Assembly: GCA_965224485.1 (NCBI GenBank)
Contig: CBDCZH010000007.1
Coordinates: forward strand, 45,152-109,151
Source: Arcobacteraceae bacterium
Lineage (GTDB): Bacteria; Campylobacterota; Campylobacteria; Campylobacterales; Arcobacteraceae
Direction: 5' to 3'
Length of the DNA stretch: 64,000 nucleotides
Positions 41,231 to 49,427 of the stretch are shown in pieces. The stretch's first letter is position 1, and each line of letters starts with the position of its first letter. The position numbers were made by a program, and so were the translations under genes. Below the pieces are notes generated by a model. The model worked only from the letters and a program-made list of their open reading frames with translations, did not search any database and was not told where the DNA came from.

Positions 41231-42532
41231 ATGTATCCAAAAAGTATTTATAAGCAGTTTTACCAAAAACTTATACTGGCTACATCATTATTTATGATAA
41301 CCATATCTTTTATTTTTTATGGTTATACAAAAGCTACCATCTATGAAGAGATTAAAGAGAGTCTTCTTCAAGATGCTAAGTTAATTTTTGAACTTTCTAA
41401 AAGTGAGAAGGTTAATATAAAAGATTTTAATATCATTACCAGTTCTGGTATTGATATTGATTTAGTTACTATTAAGAATATCTCTCAAATAACCTACACT
41501 ACATATAAAAAAAATAAGAATCACTTCTTAGTTTTATACTATCCTTTTGATTTACATAGTGAAAAATATATAAAAATATCAAAAAACATAAATTCCTCCA
41601 GAGCAATGTTAAGTAAAATATCTAATAATTTATTTTTACTAAGTCTTGGTGGTTTAATTATGGTAATTTTATATGCGTTTACTGTTTCAAAAACTCTTCT
41701 TCGTCCAATTATTGAAATAACAGACAAGTTATCCAATATGAACGAAAATTATTTGACTCAAATTGATAAAAAAGTTCTTCCTGTAGAGTTCCATGCATTA
41801 TCTGACTCTATTAACTCTTTAACAAATAAAATACAAACTTATGTAAAATTTAAAAAAGAACTTTTTATAGGTGCGGCACATGAGCTTAAAACTCCCCTAG
41901 CAGTTATGAAGTTAAAATCAGAAGTAACTTTAATGAAAGAGCGAGAGAGTGAAAAATATAAAGAGACATTAAAACTACAAATAAATCAAATCAATGATAT
42001 GAATAAAATGATTAGCTCTATTTTGGATATTGGAAGACAAGAAGGAGCACAGTTCGAAAAAGCAGTTGAACTTGACTTAGTCTCTTTTATGCAAAGAAAA
42101 ACTAATGATTATAGAATGTTATCAGCTGAAAAGAAAATAACTATAACCTATTATTCCGATGTAAACTCTTATAAAATTTTCATTCAAGCAACCCTATTAA
42201 ATCAAATTATTCAAAATCTAGTCCAAAATGCAATTAAATTTACACCCAATGATAAATTTATTGCAATATCTTTAGAAAAGCAAAAAGATAGTATAAAAAT
42301 AATTGTAAAAGATGATGGAATTGGAATTGATGAATCAATTGATCTTTTTGCACCATTTAAGAGAATAGGAAATCAAAGTGGAGCTGGATTAGGTTTATTC
42401 TTAGCAAAAAGTGCCTGTGATACTTTAGGAGCTAATTTAACACTAAAAAATAGAGTAGATGGAAATACAGGTTGTCAAGCAGTACTAGAACTTCATCGTA
42501 CTGCTTTATGTAAGTTAGATATAAAGTCTTAG
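41231..42532 (+). CDS. Sensor histidine kinase (HAMP-HisKA-HATPase)
   Basis: AHELKTPL, NAIKFT, DDGIGI and GAGLGL. Confidence 0.92.
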   Translation: MYPKSIYKQFYQKLILATSLFMITISFIFYGYTKATIYEEIKESLLQDAKLIFELSKSEKVNIKDFNIITSSGIDIDLVTIKNISQITYTTYKKNKNHFLVLYYPFDLHSEKYIKISKNINSSRAMLSKISNNLFLLSLGGLIMVILYAFTVSKTLLRPIIEITDKLSNMNENYLTQIDKKVLPVEFHALSDSINSLTNKIQTYVKFKKELFIGAAHELKTPLAVMKLKSEVTLMKERESEKYKETLKLQINQINDMNKMISSILDIGRQEGAQFEKAVELDLVSFMQRKTNDYRMLSAEKKITITYYSDVNSYKIFIQATLLNQIIQNLVQNAIKFTPNDKFIAISLEKQKDSIKIIVKDDGIGIDESIDLFAPFKRIGNQSGAGLGLFLAKSACDTLGANLTLKNRVDGNTGCQAVLELHRTALCKLDIKS

Positions 42533-42537
42533 ATTTC

Positions 42538-42966
42538 TTAAAATAAAGATGCGTGGTCTATCTTAGTACAATGATTTTGTACAACTTTCATTCCTGCATC
42601 AAGTGCTTTTTGTGCTGCTTCATTATTAACTAAACCTAATTGAGTCCATACAGTATCAACATCACCTCTTTTTATAGCTTCTTCAATAACTAAAGCAATT
42701 ACTTCACTTTTTCTAAAAACATCAATCATATCAATTTTAAAAGGTATTTCACTTAAGCTTCTATAAACTTTCTCGCCTAAGATTTCATCACCTTTTGGAT
42801 AAACAGGAACAATTTTAAAACCAGCATTTTTTAAATAAGAGGCAACTTTATTACTAGCTTTTGATGTATCAGGTGAGCAACCTATAATTGCAATTGTTTT
42901 AGTATTTAAAAAAATTTCTTTAATTTCATCTTTATTTGAATTAATTGTAGCAAATTCACATTCCAT
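42538..42966 (-). CDS. CoA-binding protein (YccU-like)
   Basis: IAIIGCS, PVYP and VWTQLG. Confidence 0.88.
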   Translation of the reverse strand: MECEFATINSNKDEIKEIFLNTKTIAIIGCSPDTSKASNKVASYLKNAGFKIVPVYPKGDEILGEKVYRSLSEIPFKIDMIDVFRKSEVIALVIEEAIKRGDVDTVWTQLGLVNNEAAQKALDAGMKVVQNHCTKIDHASLF

Positions 42967-44018
42967 TATTGAGCCTTTATTAATTTATTTTGAACAAAAG
43001 TTTTAACCACATTGTAATCAATACTCTCTTTGAAATCATCAAACCTACAGCCAGCAGCGTTAACGTGCCCTCCACCATCTGCCATTTTACAAGCTAATGC
43101 TGAGACATCAACTATTCCATCTGCTCGTAAAGAAGTATGTCCTTTTTTGCCAACATCAATAAAAAAATCATAATCTTTATTTGCCTTTAAAAAAGCATTT
43201 GCAGGAATTGAAATTCCACCTAAAGTATAAGTTAATAAACCCTTATGCCCATTATAAAATACAGTTAATTCTTCTTTTTTATTAACTAATAGAGACACCA
43301 AATAAGAAGCACTTAGATTATCAATAGTATTTTCATCATTATTTAAAGCTAAATATGATTTTTTTAGAAAATGAATATTATCATCAAGTTTTATATTTGC
43401 ATTATTTTCATTTATAAATGTAGCTGCTTCTTGCATTAAATAAAGTCTATAATCTCTATTTTCATCTGAAAATAAAGTAGCATTTATTTCTCTTGCTCTT
43501 GATACCATAGATAATAAAACTTTACCAAATTCAAAATTAAATATTTCATCTTCTAACCAAATATCAATTGCATTTATCGCATTTACTAAAGCTTCAAATT
43601 TTTTAAGACTTTTATCATCATAAGATGAAAATTCTTTTAACATATAATCATATACTATTTTTGTAGCACAGCGTTTTGTATCTAAAAAATACCACTCATA
43701 CTTATCAGCACTAGCTTGTCCTGTTGCATGATGATCTAATAATTGTAAAGTAATATTATAATTATCATCTTTTAAAAGTTTGATTTCTTTATCAAGGTTT
43801 TTTGCTTCGTTTGGTGTAAGATTTACGTCAGTAATTAAAAAGAATATTTCATCTTCATTTGTTAGTTTTTTAATCTCTTCTATAACTTTTTTTATACTAA
43901 GTTTTACTTCTAAACCATAATTAGCATTTAAAAAAAATGCATCTTTAAAATATGTTTTGCTTAAAAGTTGGCATCCATATCCATCTAAATCCGTATGAGA
44001 GATATGAAATAGTTTCAT
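42966..44018 (-). CDS. DHH family phosphoesterase (NrnB-like)
   Basis: SHTDLDG, LLDHH and GGGHVNAAG. Confidence 0.88.
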   Translation of the reverse strand: MKLFHISHTDLDGYGCQLLSKTYFKDAFFLNANYGLEVKLSIKKVIEEIKKLTNEDEIFFLITDVNLTPNEAKNLDKEIKLLKDDNYNITLQLLDHHATGQASADKYEWYFLDTKRCATKIVYDYMLKEFSSYDDKSLKKFEALVNAINAIDIWLEDEIFNFEFGKVLLSMVSRAREINATLFSDENRDYRLYLMQEAATFINENNANIKLDDNIHFLKKSYLALNNDENTIDNLSASYLVSLLVNKKEELTVFYNGHKGLLTYTLGGISIPANAFLKANKDYDFFIDVGKKGHTSLRADGIVDVSALACKMADGGGHVNAAGCRFDDFKESIDYNVVKTFVQNKLIKAQ

Positions 44019-44416
44019 GTAGAAATATCCTTAAGTGTTAAATCTTCTAAAAAAAGATCTATTTTTGTTTGTAAATTATTTAATAATGGCCAAATTGTAC
44101 AACAAGAAGCAATATCAGAAGGACATGAAGCCATTGAAGGTGAGCATTCAAAAACAGAAGGATTCTTTTCTTCAGCAGCACTTGTAATTTGTAAAATTGT
44201 AAGTTCATCATAAGGTCTTGCTAATACAAAACCACCATTTACACCTCTTTGTGATTTAACAATATTACTCTTTGCTAAATTTTGCATAATTTTTGCTAAA
44301 TAAGTTTTAGGAATATTTAACTCAGTTGACAAAAGATCAACATTTTTTAATCTATCACTTTTTGCAATTGAAATGAGCGACAAAAGCGCATACTCACTTT
44401 TTTTTGTAAGTAACAT
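44015..44416 (-). CDS. Rrf2 family transcriptional regulator
   Basis: SEYAL, YLAKI, RGVNGGF; C-terminal Cys cluster ECSPSMASCPSDIASCC. Confidence 0.9.
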   Translation of the reverse strand: MLLTKKSEYALLSLISIAKSDRLKNVDLLSTELNIPKTYLAKIMQNLAKSNIVKSQRGVNGGFVLARPYDELTILQITSAAEEKNPSVFECSPSMASCPSDIASCCTIWPLLNNLQTKIDLFLEDLTLKDIST

Positions 44417-44509
44417 ATATATCCTAATTATTAAATTTTATCTATTCTACTTTAATTATTATTAATTTTCTTTATATTTAAACTTTTAGTTTGAAATTAA
44501 TATTTATTT

Positions 44510-44545
44510 AAAAAAAAAGGTTGCAAGTAAACTCGCAACCTTTTT
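44510..44545 (-). terminator. Rho-independent terminator of rpsO
   Basis: Minus strand GGTTGCGAG-ttta-CTTGCAACC followed by a U tract. Confidence 0.85.
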
Positions 44546-44567
44546 AATTAATTTAAGTTAAAAAAAA

Positions 44568-44840
44568 CTATTTAGCTCTAATTCCTAAATCAGCAACTAA
44601 TGCCATAAATTTAGTATAATCAGTTTTTCTTAAATATTTAAGAAGTCTTTTTCTTTTTCCAACCATTTTTAATAGACCTAATCTTGAAGAGTGATCTTTT
44701 TTATTAATTTTTAAATGTTCAGTTAATACTTTAATTTGTTCAGTTAGTACTGCGATTTGTACTTCTGATGAACCTGTATCTTTTTCTGCTCTTTGATGTT
44801 TTGCAATTATGCTTGTTTTTAAGTCCTGATCTAAAGCCAT
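44568..44840 (-). CDS. rpsO: 30S ribosomal protein S15
   Basis: [10 protein letters not shown] and [21 protein letters not shown]. Confidence 0.98.
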   Translation of the reverse strand: MALDQDLKTSIIAKHQRAEKDTGSSEVQIAVLTEQIKVLTEHLKINKKDHSSRLGLLKMVGKRKRLLKYLRKTDYTKFMALVADLGIRAK

Positions 44841-44956
44841 AATGACCTCCTAATAGGTATATAATCTCACTAAATTTTAGTGGACACGTATTATAGGTAA
44901 ATTATCTTTAAAAAGTCTTTAAGCAAGAATATTTTATTTGTCTTAAATTATTTTGT

Positions 44957-45979
44957 TTAAGTTATAAAATCCAAAGAAGACAAAAGACCAGTTGAACCAT
45001 CTTCTCTTAGGAAAAAAGAAGTTGATTTTAACTGTGCTAAGGGTTCATTTATACTTTTGTTAATACTCATTCTCGTATTAGTATTATTTAAATATATTGC
45101 ACCAATATTTGCTTCATTTAAAGAAATAAGTTTATCTTCACCTTTTTCATCTTTTGCGAAAATTAAAAGATCTTTAAAAATATCATCATTTTCATCTATC
45201 CAAGAATTTTCATCTATATCATAAGCTCTTAACTCAGCAAAAGCATTGTTTGTACTTGGTCCAAATAGCTCTAAACCATTATCAATTTTTTTATTATGAT
45301 TTTTATCTAAGGCTAAAAAACCATTTCCTTCTTTTAAACAAGCTAATTCATCTTTTATATTATTGGAATCTAAGTCAAATTTAAAAGTCATCTCTTCTTC
45401 TAAAAAATCCAAGGAACTTGAACTTTGTTTATATTGAATTATTAAAGGATCAATAAAATTAAGAGATGAAAATTCTAGACGTTCTTCATGTTTCTCATAA
45501 AACTCTTTAGAATAAGATATTTTTAAATCCAAATTTATATCTTTATTGTTAGTTTTTATAATAGCTTTTGCTGTAAATTCAATACTGTCTTTTTTCTTAT
45601 ACTCAATACTTCTTTGAAACTTAACATCAGTTTTAAGTAGTTCTAATTTTGTTTTATTTTCATTTACATTAATATTTTCACAAGAACAATACTCATGTGC
45701 TTTTACTTTTGCTACTTTTTTATTAATACCCAAGAATTCAATTAATATAAATTCCAAATTCAATATTGCAATTTGAACATAAGCACTTTTGATTTTAAAT
45801 TCTTTATCTTCTACTAAAGCTTTATTTTTTAAAGATATTTCATATTTAGCATTATTTTCATTCTCGTCACTAATAAAACTAAGTAAAGTTTTTTTAAATT
45901 CTAAAGAAGATTGAACTTTTATATCAAGTTCATTTGTAGTTTGGGCATTTATTTTTACATCAGAAGATTCTATTTTCAT
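44957..45979 (-). CDS. Hypothetical protein with Dx[DN]xDG-like Ca-binding repeats
   Basis: DPLII, FDLDSN, GFLALDKNHNKKIDNGLELFG and DIDENSWIDEND. Confidence 0.7.
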   Translation of the reverse strand: MKIESSDVKINAQTTNELDIKVQSSLEFKKTLLSFISDENENNAKYEISLKNKALVEDKEFKIKSAYVQIAILNLEFILIEFLGINKKVAKVKAHEYCSCENINVNENKTKLELLKTDVKFQRSIEYKKKDSIEFTAKAIIKTNNKDINLDLKISYSKEFYEKHEERLEFSSLNFIDPLIIQYKQSSSSLDFLEEEMTFKFDLDSNNIKDELACLKEGNGFLALDKNHNKKIDNGLELFGPSTNNAFAELRAYDIDENSWIDENDDIFKDLLIFAKDEKGEDKLISLNEANIGAIYLNNTNTRMSINKSINEPLAQLKSTSFFLREDGSTGLLSSLDFIT

Positions 45980-46130
45980 AATAATCCCTTTATTTTATAT
46001 GTTTTAATAATAATAATACAATTTATTAATTTATTAAAGTAAAAAAGAAAGTAATTAAAGAAATAGCAAAATTTAAGAGTTATTTTAAACTAAAGTTAAA
46101 AATGCTCTATTAAAAGTATTTGTCAATAAA

Positions 46131-46276
46131 CTAAAAACTGTTTTGGATGGGCTATTTTGCGAATAATCAAGGCAGAGGTGTAAATTCGAGAGGAGCATAC
46201 AAAGGTATGTGACGAACTAATTTACAACTCTAACGCAGAGTATTCGCAAAATAGCCCATCCAAAACAGTTTTTTAG
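46131..46276 (+). repeat. Dispersed structured hairpin element, copy 4
   Basis: CAAGGC (46168), GGAGCATAC-aaag-GTATGTGA, AACGCAG (46232); perfect 33-bp outer inverted repeat 46133-46165/46241-46273 touching the moaA stop. Confidence 0.9.
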
Positions 46277-47235
46277 CCACCTGTTTCGTAGAAAGCCCGC
46301 GCCGAAGTTTCAGAATTTTCGTTCCACTTATTCTTCTCAGGTTTATTTTTAATCACATCTTTTAAAATAGCTGCTGCCTTATCTATATCATTAGCAAGCA
46401 TCGCTTCTTTAATACTTTGAGCATCTTCAAAGTATAAACAAGGAATTAACACTCCACTTGCTGTTAATCTTATTCTATTACAAGTTTCACAAAAATCATC
46501 TTTATGTGGTTCAATTATTCCAAAAACATAACCATCCTCACATTTATAATCTTGAGAAGGTGAGCTACCAGTTCTTTCGCATTTTTCGAACTTATACCTT
46601 GCTTTTAAAATATTTTGAATTTGAATTGAGGTATAACCCTTAGTTGTATCTAAGGCTTGTTCATTTTCCATAAATTCGATAAATCTAATTGTATAGTTTC
46701 TCTTTTTGCAAAATTCTAATAAATCACACAATTCTGTATCATTTACACCTTGCATAGGAACACAATTTATTTTTATTTTAAAACCAGCATCATCAGCTGC
46801 TTGAATTCCAGCTAAAACAGTTTTTAAAACATCTTTTTGAGCTATTTTTGAAGCAACTTCTGGTTTTAAAGAATCTAAAGATATATTTAATCTTTTTAAA
46901 CCAGCATCTTTTAGTTTTTGTGCTGTTCTTGGCAATAAATAAGCATTAGTTGTAAGGGCTAAATCTATATCAGATTTATAATCACTAATCATTTTAATAA
47001 ACTTATCTAATCCTTCTCTCAACAGTGGCTCACCACCTGTAATTCTTACTTTTTTAACACCTTCATCAATACATACTTTAATAAATTTAAATAAATCTTC
47101 ATACGATAATAAATTCTCTTTTGGAACCCATGAAAAAGGTTTCTCAGGCATGCAGTATTGGCATCTAAAGTTACATCTCTCTGTTACTGAAACTCTTAAA
47201 TAATCAACATTTCTACCATATCCATCTATTAGCAT
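46273..47235 (-). CDS. moaA: GTP 3',8-cyclase
   Basis: [23 protein letters not shown] and C-terminal GG. Confidence 0.96.
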   Translation of the reverse strand: MLIDGYGRNVDYLRVSVTERCNFRCQYCMPEKPFSWVPKENLLSYEDLFKFIKVCIDEGVKKVRITGGEPLLREGLDKFIKMISDYKSDIDLALTTNAYLLPRTAQKLKDAGLKRLNISLDSLKPEVASKIAQKDVLKTVLAGIQAADDAGFKIKINCVPMQGVNDTELCDLLEFCKKRNYTIRFIEFMENEQALDTTKGYTSIQIQNILKARYKFEKCERTGSSPSQDYKCEDGYVFGIIEPHKDDFCETCNRIRLTASGVLIPCLYFEDAQSIKEAMLANDIDKAAAILKDVIKNKPEKNKWNENSETSARAFYETGG

Positions 47236-47344
47236 AATTAACTCTCTTATAAAATATAAACTAATATTATTTTTTTTAGTTTAATTTAATTTTTCGTTAG
47301 AATATTATAAACTGACTTAAATCATTAGTAAAAGGGAAAAAAGT

Positions 47345-48010
47345 TTGCCTACACAAGATACAATTAAGTATATTGAATTATTTAATATTTTAAATGAAAA
47401 AGAACTTGAAAAACTAACTAGTATCTCAAATGTTTTTAAATACCCAAAAGGTTCTATTTTATTTTATGAAGATGAAACTAATAAAAATATCTTATTTTTA
47501 AAATCTGGTTTAATCAAGATATATAAGGTTGATAAATATGATAATGAAATTTTCTTGTATCATATAGCTGAAAACTCAATGGTTTCAGAACTTTCTTCTA
47601 TATATCAAAAAGAAATAAGGTCTTTTGCAAATGCAGAATTCCTTGAAGATTCAGAAGTTTTATCAATAAATTATGAATATTTTTCAAAATATTTTTTAGA
47701 AACAAATATTTTAACAATGCAATTTATGGAAATACTATTACATAAAAATCATAAACTACAAAGTATTATTAATAGAGAATTAGTTTTTGATGCAACTGCA
47801 AAGGTTTCATGTATGTTAAATCAGGATTTGTTAATGGTAAATAAACTAAAAAGACAAAATATCTCTTTTATGTTACATATTCAACCAGAAACACTTTCTC
47901 GTGTTTTAAAAAAACTTCAAAGAAGTGAAACAATTAAAATAGAAAATGGCGAGATTATAATCTTAAATAATGAAGAATTAATATCAAACTTTAGAGGGGT
48001 ATGCCTATGA
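47345..48010 (+). CDS. Crp/Fnr family regulator (Nss/DNR-like, no FNR Cys cluster)
   Basis: cNMP-type domain plus PETLSRVL HTH; next to the denitrification genes. Confidence 0.88.
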   Translation: MPTQDTIKYIELFNILNEKELEKLTSISNVFKYPKGSILFYEDETNKNILFLKSGLIKIYKVDKYDNEIFLYHIAENSMVSELSSIYQKEIRSFANAEFLEDSEVLSINYEYFSKYFLETNILTMQFMEILLHKNHKLQSIINRELVFDATAKVSCMLNQDLLMVNKLKRQNISFMLHIQPETLSRVLKKLQRSETIKIENGEIIILNNEELISNFRGVCL

Positions 48011-49002
48011 CGAATAATACAATAAGCAAAAAAATAAAAACAATTGGAGCAATACTTGTATTTTTAATGTTATCAATAATAGCTACAACAATATATTTAA
48101 ATGCCAAAAATAAAAAAGATGCCTTAATAATTAATATTGCTGGAAAAGAGCGAATGCTTACTCAAAAAATATCTAAAAATATTTTTTATTTATATCATAA
48201 TGGCTCAAGAGATTTCGCGGAATTAGATAATGCAACTGAAGAATTTATTTATAACCTAGACTCGCTAAAACATGGAAATACTCTAAGAGGAATATCTAAA
48301 GTTCCAACAGATAATATAGCAAATCAAATTGTTAAAGTAGAAATATTATGGAATAATTTTTATAAAAATGTACAAAAAATAAAGTCATTATTATTGGAAA
48401 AACAGTATTTACAAAGTTCGTCTTTAGATTCTTTTGTAAACTCAATTTATAAAACTAATAATAAACTATTAGAAGAAGTAGATAATTTAGTATCTATGTA
48501 TACAGCTTATAGTGAAGAAAAAACTGAAAATATTAAATATTTTCAATTTATTTCAGCATTATTAATGTTAGGTTTAATTGCCTATAGCTTTTTTCAATTA
48601 AAATCAATTGAATCAAATGCAAAAAAGTTTTTTGAATTCTCAAAACAACTTATTCAAAGTGATGAACCCTTAAAACCAATGGAATTTGAAGCAGAAGGTG
48701 AAATAGTTGAAGCTAGCAATAATATAAATTGTTTTATAAATAAGATTAATACAGCTATGGATTATTCTGCTCTTGCAATTGAACAATCTAAAAATGCAAG
48801 TGAAAAACTTGAAGAAATTACAGATGAGTTTGATAAAGTGATTAATGAGTTAGAAAATAATACTGATGTATCAAAACATTTAAATAAAACAGAAGATATG
48901 GTTATTGAATCAACTGAAGATTTAATCAATTCTACAAAAAAATTACAAGATCTAAAAAAAGAGCTTGATAAACTTCTCAAACACTGCAAAATAAAGGTTT
49001 AA
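48001..49002 (+). CDS. NarX/PilJ-like nitrate-sensing membrane protein without a kinase domain
   Basis: P-box INIAGKERMLTQK after TM1; TM2; short cytoplasmic coiled coil. Confidence 0.75.
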   Translation: MPMTNNTISKKIKTIGAILVFLMLSIIATTIYLNAKNKKDALIINIAGKERMLTQKISKNIFYLYHNGSRDFAELDNATEEFIYNLDSLKHGNTLRGISKVPTDNIANQIVKVEILWNNFYKNVQKIKSLLLEKQYLQSSSLDSFVNSIYKTNNKLLEEVDNLVSMYTAYSEEKTENIKYFQFISALLMLGLIAYSFFQLKSIESNAKKFFEFSKQLIQSDEPLKPMEFEAEGEIVEASNNINCFINKINTAMDYSALAIEQSKNASEKLEEITDEFDKVINELENNTDVSKHLNKTEDMVIESTEDLINSTKKLQDLKKELDKLLKHCKIKV

Positions 49003-49427
49003 TAATTACATAAAGTGACTCTTTTTCTTAATTAAATATTAAATTTACTAAATAAGTCTATTTTCTAAAATAAACTTGATTTATATTATTATTTTTAATG
49101 AAATAAGTGCTATAATTTACTCATAAATGCTGTTAATAACAATTAATACAAAAGAATATACGCTTTCAACGTAATATGCCTGATGACTATTAATTTTGTC
49201 TAAGTGCTATTTTATCGCATTTTATTTTATATTTTATTAAATCATCTTTTATTTTATGTTTCCTTATAAAGAAAATATAATTTTTTAAAATGATTTTTTG
49301 ATCTAATTTTAAATAGTATTCATTTTTAAGTTTTTAACTTAATTTTGGATTTTATGCAGGATTAGTTTAGGGTGGTGCTTAAACTATGATGTAGCCAATT
49401 TTTGGCAAAAATAAAGGAGAAGAAGAA

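Noticed and set aside
3755..46276. Hairpin repeats as a CRISPR array or canonical integron attC array
   Set aside because: Copies are 8-18 kb apart with no repeat-spacer periodicity, no cas or intI gene, and no clear RYYYAAC/GTTRRRY terminal boxes.
3755..46276. Hairpin repeats as plain rho-independent terminators
   Set aside because: They are far longer than needed, share conserved internal-loop motifs, and fold better on the strand opposite the adjacent core gene. A secondary terminator role is not excluded.
49003..49427. Possible sRNA or riboswitch in the long nosZ upstream region
   Set aside because: Very AT-rich, with no convincing stable structure or known motif visible by eye.
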